From assembly GCA_030055515.1 (NCBI GenBank), contig JASFYI010000002.1, forward strand, positions 63,290 through 127,289: DNA of 64,000 nt, in the 5' to 3' direction. Below, piece after piece: positions 9,689 through 18,564 of the stretch. The notes beneath the pieces were generated by a model that saw only the letters and a list, made by a program, of their open reading frames with translations, was not told the origin of the DNA and made no database searches. This DNA comes from Methanolinea sp. GTDB lineage: Archaea > Halobacteriota > Methanomicrobia > Methanomicrobiales > Methanospirillaceae. Position 1 is the first letter of the stretch; each line of letters opens with the position of its first letter. Made by a program: the position numbers and the translations under genes.

Positions 9689-10525
9689 ATGTCGGTTGCC
9701 GTGGTCTTTGACAGTGCGGGGACACTCCTGCACACCTACAGGGTCGCAAAGAACGTGCTCACCGGGGAACTCCTCCCCGGCGTCGAGACCGTGAGCCTCA
9801 CGTTCGAGTCCCCCGACCGCGTCCTCGTCGTCCTCCACGTCCGCAGCCGCGACGTGGTCGCGGCACCCGACGACGTCTCCCTCTCGGGGTTCCTGCGCGA
9901 GCAGAAGGTGGGGTTCGGGATCAGCTGCACGCGCGGGGTCATCGACGCCGACGACGTCGCCGGCATCCTCTACCATTCCCCCCACGGGAAGGTCGGGGAC
10001 CTCAAGGACTGCATCCGGAACGTCTGGCAGGTCTGCAGGGAAGAGTCTGTCGTCACGCTGAACAGCGGGGTGATCCTGAACGTCTCGCTCCCGGGCATCG
10101 AGTTCGCGGTCACGACCGGCGGCCGCCCGTTCGAGGGTGCCCGCGAGACGATCAGCGCCCTCCACAGGATGGGGATCCCCGCCTTCATCGCGTCGGGCGA
10201 CCGCGTCGAGAAACTCGAGAAGATGGCAGACCACCTCGGGATTCCCCGCGACAGGGTCTTTGGCGTCGCGACCCCCACCGTGAAGGCACGGATCGTCGAG
10301 GACCTCCGCGGGACGTACGACTGCGTCGTGATGGTCGGGGACGGGATCAATGACCTCCCCGCCATGAGGGCAGCAGACGTCGCGATCCTCTCGGTCGAGC
10401 AGCCGGGCGAGAGGCACCCGGACCTCTACGCGGCTGCCGACCACGTGGTGAAGAACGTGAGGGAGGTCGCGGGAATCGTCGGGAGACTCCGCGATTTGCG
10501 CGGGCCGTGCCGGGAGATTGGGTGA
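9689..10525 (+). CDS. HAD-family hydrolase, soluble P-type ATPase-like
   Basis: VVFDSAGTL, IASGD, MVGDGINDLPAMRAAD; no TM segments. Confidence 0.82.
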   Translation: MSVAVVFDSAGTLLHTYRVAKNVLTGELLPGVETVSLTFESPDRVLVVLHVRSRDVVAAPDDVSLSGFLREQKVGFGISCTRGVIDADDVAGILYHSPHGKVGDLKDCIRNVWQVCREESVVTLNSGVILNVSLPGIEFAVTTGGRPFEGARETISALHRMGIPAFIASGDRVEKLEKMADHLGIPRDRVFGVATPTVKARIVEDLRGTYDCVVMVGDGINDLPAMRAADVAILSVEQPGERHPDLYAAADHVVKNVREVAGIVGRLRDLRGPCREIG

Positions 10526-10579
10526 TGCATGAAAAGAAATATGCACCCCGCGCCACATTCTCTAGTAAGAGGACTGTAA

Positions 10580-12193
10580 ATGAAGCCCCTGATCACCGTG
10601 AAAGATCTTCGCATGGACTTCGACGGGAAGAAAGTCCTGAAGAATATCTCTTTTGAGATCTATGAAGGTGAGGTCCTGGGGATCATCGGGCGCAGCGGGG
10701 CAGGAAAGACCGTACTCATGCACCTTCTCAGGGGCGTGGAGCAACCACCCACCTCGGGGCATATCATCTACCATGTCGCCGTCTGCGACTCCTGCCCGTA
10801 CATCGGGGTAGGGAGCATGGCAGGCGAGGCGTGTCCCACGTGCGGCGGGGTGCTCTCGGCACGGGACATCGACCTCTGGAACGAGGAGGACGAGGGGCTC
10901 CGTCGCCGGCTGATGCGGAGGACGGCGATCATGTTCCAGAGGACGTTTGCCCTGTACGGCAACGACAGGGTGATCGAGAACGTGCTCCACGCCCTCGACG
11001 ACATCGACTATCCCCAGGACAAGGCGATCAACAGGGCAGCCGACCTCCTCGACCAGGTGAGGCTCTCGCACAGGATGATGCACATCGCCCGCGACCTCTC
11101 CGGCGGGGAGAAGCAGCGGGTCGTGCTCGCGAGGCAACTTGCAAAGGAGCCGTTCCTCCTCTTCGCGGACGAACCGACGGGGACCCTCGATCCCGAGACC
11201 GCCGACCTCGTCCACCGGATGCTGATCGAGGCGTGCGAGAGGAACCACATGGGAATGGTCGTCACGTCCCACTTCTCCCAGGTGATAAAGTCGGTCGCGG
11301 ACAGGGCCATGCTCCTCGTGGACGGGTCCATCGCGATGCTCGGCTCGCCCGAGGAGGTCATCTCGAGGTTCATGGCGGACCTCTCCGACACGGAGACCTA
11401 CCACGTCCCGGAGTTCGGCAAGGAGATCCTGATCGCGCGGGACGTGTACAAGCGCTACATCTCGGTCGACAGGGGGGTCGTGCGGGCGGTCAACGGTGTC
11501 TCGTTCGACGTCCGCGAGAAGGAGATATTCGGGATTATCGGCAAGAGCGGTGCGGGGAAGACGACGCTCTCGCGCATCATGGCGGGCGTCATCGAGCCCA
11601 CGGCAGGGGAGATGATCATCAGGATCGGGGACGACGCCGTGGACATGACGAAGCCCGGCATCGAGAACAGGGGGAGGGCGAAGGGGTACATCGGGCTCCT
11701 CCACCAGGAATACGACCTCTACCCCCACAGGACCGTGCTCGACAACCTCACGGACGCGATCGGCCTCGAGTTCCCCAAGGAGCTCGCGATGAGGAAGGCC
11801 ATCCTCACGCTCCGGATGGCAGGGTTCTCCGAGGAGAAGAGCAGGGAGATCCTCGACAGGTACCCGGGGCAGCTCTCCGAGGGGGAGCGCCACAGGGTCG
11901 CCCTCGCCCAGGTCCTCATCCGCGAGCCCCGCATGGTCATCCTCGACGAGCCGACGGGGACCATGGACCCCCTCACCAAGGTGGACGTGAAGCACTCGAT
12001 CCTGCACGCGAGGGACGAGATGGAGGAGACGTTCATCGTGGTCTCCCACGACATCGACTTCGTGAGGGACATCTGCGACCGGCTCGCCCTCATGAGGGGG
12101 GGCAAGATCGTCGCCATCGGGAAGACCGCGGACGTCCTCTCGACCCTCACCGCGGAAGAACGGGAGGTCATGGGCCGGGCCGCGCCTGCGTGA
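10580..12193 (+). CDS. atwA: Methyl-coenzyme M reductase system component A2
   Basis: Two ABC ATPase domains (GRSGAGKT, LSGGEKQR; GKSGAGKT, LSEGERHR), CxxC...CxxC insert, no TM; heads the marker cluster. Confidence 0.95.
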   Translation: MKPLITVKDLRMDFDGKKVLKNISFEIYEGEVLGIIGRSGAGKTVLMHLLRGVEQPPTSGHIIYHVAVCDSCPYIGVGSMAGEACPTCGGVLSARDIDLWNEEDEGLRRRLMRRTAIMFQRTFALYGNDRVIENVLHALDDIDYPQDKAINRAADLLDQVRLSHRMMHIARDLSGGEKQRVVLARQLAKEPFLLFADEPTGTLDPETADLVHRMLIEACERNHMGMVVTSHFSQVIKSVADRAMLLVDGSIAMLGSPEEVISRFMADLSDTETYHVPEFGKEILIARDVYKRYISVDRGVVRAVNGVSFDVREKEIFGIIGKSGAGKTTLSRIMAGVIEPTAGEMIIRIGDDAVDMTKPGIENRGRAKGYIGLLHQEYDLYPHRTVLDNLTDAIGLEFPKELAMRKAILTLRMAGFSEEKSREILDRYPGQLSEGERHRVALAQVLIREPRMVILDEPTGTMDPLTKVDVKHSILHARDEMEETFIVVSHDIDFVRDICDRLALMRGGKIVAIGKTADVLSTLTAEEREVMGRAAPA

Positions 12194-12208
12194 GGGGCTG
12201 AGGACCGG

Positions 12209-13738
12209 ATGATTACCCTCCTCGTCGACGGGGAGAGACGCCTCGCGAACGAAGGGGCGACGCTGCGAGACGTCCTCCCCGGGTGGGACTGGTCCTGTTC
12301 CGTCGGGGTGATCCGGGCAGGTGCGCGGGAATCGACCGAGACCGGGAGCATGAGGCTGGTCACCTCGGCAGGCGAGGTCGTCGTCGAGCTCCTGCCGGAG
12401 GGGCGCGCGCTCCTGCAGTCCCCCGATCTCCAGCTCCCGCTCCCGCTCCACTGGTCCGACAGGTACGCCGCGGCATTCGGCCCGTTCCCCTCCCGCTTCG
12501 TGCCCGCCCGGAAACCCCACCTCTACGAGCGCGGCGACCTCGTCCTCGGGTGCGGTGGCTACGACGCCGGCCGTTCCTACCTCGTCTTCTCCCGGCTCCG
12601 CCACGCCGCGGACCACGGGGCTGCCGCCGGCGGGGGGGTGATAGGGAGGGTCGTGTACGGGAGGGGGCTCATCGACAGGTGGACCTCCGGCGACCGGATC
12701 GAGCAGGTCGTCCCCGTCCTCAACTGGGCCGACACGAGCAGGTCTTTCTCGACGAACGACGGCTCCCTCCCCCTCGAGGACGGGATGGAGATCGTGACCC
12801 ACGTCCGGGTCACGGCACACGGTTACGCGGGGGGGCGGGTCCACGCCACGGATGCCGCCGAGTCGGTGGAACACGTGCTCCTCGCCCTCGCGGGAAACAG
12901 GTTCGTCGTCGGGAGGGCGTCGAGCACCTACATAGAGGACGAGAGGATGGCGGGGACGCCCGTGCCGTTCGAGGTGAGGGCGCCCCGGCGCGAGGGGCAC
13001 CTGATGGTCCGCACGAGGGGGAGGTCGTCCGGGGCACTCTACATCTACACGCGGGACGTCCCCGCGTCGGCTTCCCACACGCTCGCCGGCCAGGTCACCC
13101 ACGGGATCGAGCTCGCGCGCCTCGCCCGCGCCGGGGAGACGATCCGGATCGAGGTCGAACCACCGCGCTTCGACCTCGTGGGTCTCTTCCTCTCCGAGGC
13201 AGAGGGGGTTGCTGCTTTCAGGGGGGTCGCTGTCACCGCCCGGGGAGAGGGCAAGGACCTCGTCGTGGTGGACCAGCAGCCCGCGACCACCCTCGAGGCA
13301 CTCGCGGCGGGTTCCGTCACGCTCGAGGCTGTCCCCCTGGAGAAGATAATCGACATCGCCCTCGACGACGCCCACGCGCCGGAATCCTGCGCGGTCTTCC
13401 GGAAGCTCACGGGCCTTGACAGGCATAGGGTGGGCAGGATCCCCTTCTTCTTCCAGTTCGAGGATGTCTACCTCTTCAGGCCGCGTATTCCCCCCGGGAC
13501 GCACATCATCCCCGAGAACCTCCCGGTCGACCGCGTGCTCCCCGGCACGCTCGCCATCACGAACGACTCGCGGAAGGGGGCGGGTCTCGTGGGCGTGAGG
13601 ACCTCGGAGAACAGGGAGTTTGGTCCCACGTCCGAACCCTTCGAGGCAACGAACCTCATCGGGCGGGTCCTCGACCTTGGGAAGCTTTCCGCACTGAAGG
13701 AGAACGAGATCGCATTCATCAGGGAAGTGAGACCATGA
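12209..13738 (+). CDS. mmp3: Methanogenesis marker protein 3
   Basis: AFGPF, YIY..D...S.SH...GQVTHGIEL, TNDSRKGAGLVGVR, FGPTSEPFEATNLIG; cluster position. Confidence 0.88.
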   Translation: MITLLVDGERRLANEGATLRDVLPGWDWSCSVGVIRAGARESTETGSMRLVTSAGEVVVELLPEGRALLQSPDLQLPLPLHWSDRYAAAFGPFPSRFVPARKPHLYERGDLVLGCGGYDAGRSYLVFSRLRHAADHGAAAGGGVIGRVVYGRGLIDRWTSGDRIEQVVPVLNWADTSRSFSTNDGSLPLEDGMEIVTHVRVTAHGYAGGRVHATDAAESVEHVLLALAGNRFVVGRASSTYIEDERMAGTPVPFEVRAPRREGHLMVRTRGRSSGALYIYTRDVPASASHTLAGQVTHGIELARLARAGETIRIEVEPPRFDLVGLFLSEAEGVAAFRGVAVTARGEGKDLVVVDQQPATTLEALAAGSVTLEAVPLEKIIDIALDDAHAPESCAVFRKLTGLDRHRVGRIPFFFQFEDVYLFRPRIPPGTHIIPENLPVDRVLPGTLAITNDSRKGAGLVGVRTSENREFGPTSEPFEATNLIGRVLDLGKLSALKENEIAFIREVRP

Positions 13739-14193
13739 AGGTGTATTCCCCCCGCTATACCGGCACCGTGACAAAGTACATCTTTGTCGAAACCCCCGAG
13801 ATGACACCATCGGACCTTGCCATCCGGGCGTACGAGATCTCCCGGGGGGTGATGATCAAGGAGACGTGCTTCGGCCTCCAGGTGACCGGCAAGGAGGAGG
13901 ATGTCGACCGCCTCGTCGCCGCTCTCCGGGCGATAGACCCCCTCCACATCTTCGTGAAGGACAGGGGTTTTCCCCCGGGGGACCCGCGCAGGTGCAGGGC
14001 GAACCTCGGCGGTGCCCGCCCCGGCTTCTTTGGCCACGAGTTCGAGCTGGGCCTCCTCCGGTTCATCTCGAGGGGGCTTGCCGCGCTCCCTTCCCGGGAT
14101 CCCGGAGCGGTCCCCCGCCCGCCGGTTCCCCGGCGCGGCGAGAAGCTGGGTGCGTCACGCCTGAAGGAGATCATCGAGTCGTGGGGGTCCTGA
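13735..14193 (+). CDS. mmp6: Methanogenesis marker protein 6
   Basis: IKETCFG, IFVKDRGFPPGDPRRCRA, ARPGF. Confidence 0.88.
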   Translation: MKVYSPRYTGTVTKYIFVETPEMTPSDLAIRAYEISRGVMIKETCFGLQVTGKEEDVDRLVAALRAIDPLHIFVKDRGFPPGDPRRCRANLGGARPGFFGHEFELGLLRFISRGLAALPSRDPGAVPRPPVPRRGEKLGASRLKEIIESWGS

Positions 14194-14197
14194 AACG

Positions 14198-14647
14198 ATG
14201 GCACGCGTCTTCATCTATCCCACGACGAGCCTCATCCTCTCCGACCTCGTCGCGAGGTTCGGCCACACCCCCCTCTCCGCCGCGATGCAGGTGCGGGAGA
14301 TTGTCCAGACGCCCGGGCTCGAGTCGCCCCCCCTCCAGATCACGCCCGAGGACCCGAAAAAAGGCCTCCGGTGGGCCGCGGTCGAGGTCCCGTCCGGTGT
14401 CCGGGGGCGGATGGCAATCTACGGGCCGCTCCTCGAGAAAGCCGAGGCTGCCATCATCGTGAACAACGCGGACTTCTCGTTCGGCTGCATGGGGTGCGCG
14501 AGGACGAACGAGCTCCTCGCCTTCCTCATCCGGCGGAAGGGGATCCCGGTCCTCGACCTCGAGTACCCCTCCTCCGAGGAGGAGGGCATCGAGTTCGTGG
14601 CCGCGATCAAGAGGTTCCTCGACTCCCTGCCCGGGGGTGCGGGATGA
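14198..14647 (+). CDS. mmp5: Methanogenesis marker protein 5
   Basis: [42 protein letters not shown]. Confidence 0.9.
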   Translation: MARVFIYPTTSLILSDLVARFGHTPLSAAMQVREIVQTPGLESPPLQITPEDPKKGLRWAAVEVPSGVRGRMAIYGPLLEKAEAAIIVNNADFSFGCMGCARTNELLAFLIRRKGIPVLDLEYPSSEEEGIEFVAAIKRFLDSLPGGAG

Positions 14648-15879
14648 CGCGCGTCCGGATCGCCCAGCTCTCCTGCGGCCCCGAGTACAGCGGGGTTCAG
14701 AAGGAGATCGCGGATGCAGCAGCGGCCGTAGACGCAGAGGTCTTCTTCCCCGACATCAAGCTTTCCGATATAAGGAAATCGTTTGACGAGTTCGGCCTCA
14801 TCGTGAGGAGCCCCGACCTCAAGCTCGCCATCGCGCGTGCCGTTGCGCTCGTCGAGGGGAAGGTGGAGGCAGACGCGGTCTTCATCGCGACCTGTTTCCG
14901 GTGCGCCGAGGCCGCGATCGTGCGCAACGAGCTCCGGCGGTACATCCACGAGAACTCGGACCTGCCCGTGGTGAGCTACTCCTTCACCGAGAGGACGACC
15001 GCCGGCACCCTCCTCACGCGGATGGAGGCGCTCACGACGATCGCTCGCAGGAGGGCACTCCTCGCCCGTGAGGTGCAGGAGGGCCTCACGATGGGCGTCG
15101 ACTCGGGATCGAGCACCACGAAGGCCGTCGTGATGCGGGACAACAAGATCATCGGGACGGGGTGGGTCCCGACGACCGGCGTGATCAAGAGCGCAGAGGC
15201 GGCAGTCGAGGAGGCGCTCTCCACAGCGGGCGTCTCGCGGGACGAGATCCAGGCGGTCGGGACGACGGGGTACGGCAGGTTCCTCGTGGGCGAGCACCTC
15301 AAGGCCGATCTTATCCAGGAGGAACTCACGGTGAACTCCAAGGGCGCCGTCTTCCTCGCGGACTGCCAGCACGGTCCCTCGACCGTGATCGACATAGGGG
15401 GGATGGACAACAAGGCGATCAGCGTCCAGGACGGGATCCCGGGGACGTTCACGATGGGGGGTATCTGCGCGGGCGCGAGCGGCAGGTTCCTCGAGATGAC
15501 GGCAAAAAGGCTCGGGGTGGACATCACGGAACTCGGTCCCCTCGCGATGAGGGGACTCTCCCGGAACGTCCCGATGAACAGCTACTGCATCGTCTTCGGG
15601 ACGCAGAGCCTCGTCAACGCGCTCGCCGCGGGGAGCTCGCCCGAAGATGTCGCGGCCGCCGCCTGCCACAGCGTGGCCGAGCAGGTCTTCGAGCAGCAGC
15701 TGCAGGAAGTCGACATCAAGGAACCCGTCATCATGGTGGGCGGGACGTCGCTCATCCAGGGACTCGTCCGCGCCATGGGCGACCTCCTCCAGGTACCGAT
15801 CACCGTCCCCCCGCACTCCCAGTACATCGGTGCCGTGGGCTCTGCCCTCCTCGCCTCGGGCTTCATCCGGAGGGAGTGA
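14644..15879 (+). CDS. mmp15: Methanogenesis marker protein 15 (HgdC/BcrAD-type activase ATPase)
   Basis: [60 protein letters not shown] at 14644. Confidence 0.92.
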   Translation: MTRVRIAQLSCGPEYSGVQKEIADAAAAVDAEVFFPDIKLSDIRKSFDEFGLIVRSPDLKLAIARAVALVEGKVEADAVFIATCFRCAEAAIVRNELRRYIHENSDLPVVSYSFTERTTAGTLLTRMEALTTIARRRALLAREVQEGLTMGVDSGSSTTKAVVMRDNKIIGTGWVPTTGVIKSAEAAVEEALSTAGVSRDEIQAVGTTGYGRFLVGEHLKADLIQEELTVNSKGAVFLADCQHGPSTVIDIGGMDNKAISVQDGIPGTFTMGGICAGASGRFLEMTAKRLGVDITELGPLAMRGLSRNVPMNSYCIVFGTQSLVNALAAGSSPEDVAAAACHSVAEQVFEQQLQEVDIKEPVIMVGGTSLIQGLVRAMGDLLQVPITVPPHSQYIGAVGSALLASGFIRRE

Positions 15880-16463
15880 TGGAGGCAGTCGAGTACTTCG
15901 AGGTGGAATGCCCCGAGCCCGCGGGGAGGGAGTACTACAGGAAGATCGCCGAGGTCGTCCTCCTCGACCACAACCTCCTGCGGGTCATCCACAAGCTCCA
16001 CATCCTCATCGACCCGAGGGTCCCGATATTCATCGCGGCCGGCACCACGAGGAAACTCCCCGGCGTCGTGCGGGTGAGGGACTTCTCCGACGTGAGCGTG
16101 AAGGACGCGGACGTGACCATCTCGATCGCGGACGAGACGTACCTCGCGCCGCTCCTCCGCGTCCTCTGGGAGAAGTTCGGGAAGGACCGCGTGGACCAGC
16201 CCGACAGGTTCACGGTCGTCGTCACCCGCGGGGAGGGCGGGGAGGAGGCCGCGATCCCCGAGCTCGAGGTCTATGACCCGAGCGAGTCCATCTACAAGGA
16301 CCTCATCTACGCCCTGCAGGTCATCCAGCCCGAGGGCTTCAAGGTGCGGAGGCATTACTACGGGAGGAACAGGTTCTCCCTCGTCGCGAGCGAGGACACG
16401 CTCCCCGAGGACATCGAGCGGACCGTTGCGGAGAAGTTCGCGCTGATGGGGGTGGAGGAGTGA
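15879..16463 (+). CDS. mmp17: Methanogenesis marker protein 17
   Basis: ATG overlapping mmp15 stop; VECPEPAG, DETYL..LL..LW, DQPDRF, PEGFKVR. Confidence 0.85.
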   Translation: MEAVEYFEVECPEPAGREYYRKIAEVVLLDHNLLRVIHKLHILIDPRVPIFIAAGTTRKLPGVVRVRDFSDVSVKDADVTISIADETYLAPLLRVLWEKFGKDRVDQPDRFTVVVTRGEGGEEAAIPELEVYDPSESIYKDLIYALQVIQPEGFKVRRHYYGRNRFSLVASEDTLPEDIERTVAEKFALMGVEE

Positions 16464-17398
16464 CGCACGTCCCCGTGACCTACAAGGGCGGCATTTACAG
16501 GCACGACGAGATCGTCGACCTGATCGAGGACCTCGGCGGGTACATCATCCAGAAACACGTCATCGCGCAGGAGGTCGTCCTCCAGGCCCTCGTCCCCCGC
16601 GAGGACATCGACCTCATCAGGAGGATAGGAAAGCCCCTCACCGGCGAGGTCACCCCCTCGCCCCTCGTGGGCACCGAGATCGCGGTCGTCTCCCCCTCGC
16701 TCGAGATCCACCACCTCCCCCACGCCTCCTGCGACGTCGCCGAGTACATCCGCCGGTTCGGGGCGAAGACCAACATGGTGGGGCTCGCGAGGGGGTTTGG
16801 CAAGAGGATCGCGCAGCTGAACGACGAGGAGAGGGACATCATCAACGAGCACGACCTCGCCGTCTACCTCCTCGGCGACTTCGAGGCCTGCATCGAGAGG
16901 AAGTTCCCGGTCCTCCGGAGGGGCATCGACGTCCCGATCGTCCTCTGCGGCGGCCCCCCCACGGAGGCACTCCGGAGAATAGTCGACCCCCCCGTCGAGG
17001 GGTACGTGGGGGGCATCGGGCGGTTCATGCACAGGACAAAGGAATCTGCGGAGATAGAGAAGCTCGAGGAGGTCGTCGCGGAGGTCACGCGCGTCCTCGA
17101 CCGCCGGCGCGACGAGCTCGCGCGGGACCCGCTCTCGATCTCGCCCGCGCGCCTGATGGATATCATCGCGGAGAACGTGGAGGAGATCCATTCCGTCCTC
17201 TCACCTACCCCCCTCACCGTCCAGATGAGGGGGCTCCGGGTGAAGCTCCCCTACGACACGTTCGCACCGGTCATCCGGGGGATCGAGGTCGACTCGGGGG
17301 TCACTGTCGGAGACATCGCCGTGGTATCTCCCTCCCGCATGAGGGACTACATCCTCGTGCGCGTGAAACCGTTCTCCGAGACGAACCTCGTGCTCTGA
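16460..17398 (+). CDS. mmp7: Methanogenesis marker protein 7
   Basis: YKGGIYRHDE, PLVGTEIAVVSPSL..HHLPHASCDVAEY, MVGLARGFG. Confidence 0.9.
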   Translation: MTHVPVTYKGGIYRHDEIVDLIEDLGGYIIQKHVIAQEVVLQALVPREDIDLIRRIGKPLTGEVTPSPLVGTEIAVVSPSLEIHHLPHASCDVAEYIRRFGAKTNMVGLARGFGKRIAQLNDEERDIINEHDLAVYLLGDFEACIERKFPVLRRGIDVPIVLCGGPPTEALRRIVDPPVEGYVGGIGRFMHRTKESAEIEKLEEVVAEVTRVLDRRRDELARDPLSISPARLMDIIAENVEEIHSVLSPTPLTVQMRGLRVKLPYDTFAPVIRGIEVDSGVTVGDIAVVSPSRMRDYILVRVKPFSETNLVL

Positions 17399-17423
17399 TC
17401 CCCGCCGGCCTGTGCCACCCTTC

Positions 17424-17987
17424 TCACGCAGTGAATATCTCCGCGAGCTCGTAGTGGTGGTAGTCCCTCGCGGGGAACGGCTGCGTCGCGAACTTCCACG
17501 TCTTCTGGGGGGCAAGGGAGTTCACGCTCGCGTAGGTGTTCCCGACGAGCTGGCCGTTCGCGTTGTAGAGGTTGAACTGGACGGTGATATGTCCGATCGT
17601 GGCCGGCTCGTCGTTCTTTATCTTCCCCGCGAGGATCTTCTCCCCGTCCCCGACCGTCTCCTCCCGCACCTCGATGATCGAGATCCGGGTGCGTGGTGAT
17701 GGGCGGGTGAGGACGTACCCGTAAGGTGTCGCCACGAGGTGACGGGGAGCCTCTTCCCCGGCCCCGTAACCGGTCTCCACGAGGGGGACGGTTCGCCCGG
17801 AATCGGCCTGCGGGGGAGTCGTCGGCGCGGGCGACGGGATGCCGGGCGGCGGGGGCTCGGGAACGAGGTCCCTTGCCGATATGCACCCCGAAAGAGCGGC
17901 GGCCGCGAAAAGGATGAGCACGGTCACCGCGAGCGTTCCCATCCCCGGCGTCCCGGTGCGATTTCCCATGGAATATCTCCTCACCAT
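17424..17987 (-). CDS. FxLYD domain-containing lipoprotein
   Basis: LSGC lipobox, Pro-rich linker, GKIKN...VQFNLYNANGQLVG...WKF; start may be 17969. Confidence 0.75.
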   Translation of the reverse strand: MVRRYSMGNRTGTPGMGTLAVTVLILFAAAALSGCISARDLVPEPPPPGIPSPAPTTPPQADSGRTVPLVETGYGAGEEAPRHLVATPYGYVLTRPSPRTRISIIEVREETVGDGEKILAGKIKNDEPATIGHITVQFNLYNANGQLVGNTYASVNSLAPQKTWKFATQPFPARDYHHYELAEIFTA

Positions 17988-18108
17988 GGATCTGGCTGGG
18001 GGATATATATAAACTCGGCCGCATTGCGGGGGGACCCCCGCGGGTCCCCGGGAGCGGGACGCGCACCCTTAAAGTAGGGCCCGGGCGGATATGTATCCCG
18101 GGCGAGCC

Positions 18109-18564
18109 ATGACACGCGATGACCTTTTCGTATTCGAGCAGACACTGAAGGAGATCGTCTCGCGGGGCGGGGAAGAGACGGCACGCGAGTGGATGGAGAA
18201 CATCGAGGCGGAGTACGGCCACGCCCCCCTCATATTCAAGCGGATGGCCGAGAGGCCCGAGGTCCTCATCTCGCACCTCCTCTACAAGGGAGCCGTGACG
18301 CGGACGAGCTCGCTCGACCCGAAATACGTCGAGCTGATCAGCATGGCCGTCGGCGCGGCGCTGCGGTGCCGGCACTGCACGAGCTACCACATGCAGGCAG
18401 CCGCGAAGAAGGGTGCGACGCGCGAGGAGATCCTCGAGGTCATCCTCCTCGCGGGGCTCATCTCGAACTCTTCCGTCCTCGCGAACGCGTACAGGATCTT
18501 CGACGAGAAGATGGCGGGATGCCTCCCGTGCCACTCGGAGGGGATCGAGGAGCGCGGTCGCTAG
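18109..18564 (+). CDS. Carboxymuconolactone decarboxylase/AhpD family protein
   Basis: LDPKYVELISMAVGAALRCRHC..YH...A...GATREEILE. Confidence 0.85.
   Translation: MTRDDLFVFEQTLKEIVSRGGEETAREWMENIEAEYGHAPLIFKRMAERPEVLISHLLYKGAVTRTSSLDPKYVELISMAVGAALRCRHCTSYHMQAAAKKGATREEILEVILLAGLISNSSVLANAYRIFDEKMAGCLPCHSEGIEERGR

Noticed and set aside
10562..13810. 1082-aa minus-strand ORF, and similar long ORFs at 2118-4577, 23441-25918, 51282-53168 and 58625-61363
   Set aside because: Antisense or off-frame shadows of well-supported genes, expected at high GC; no recognisable motifs.
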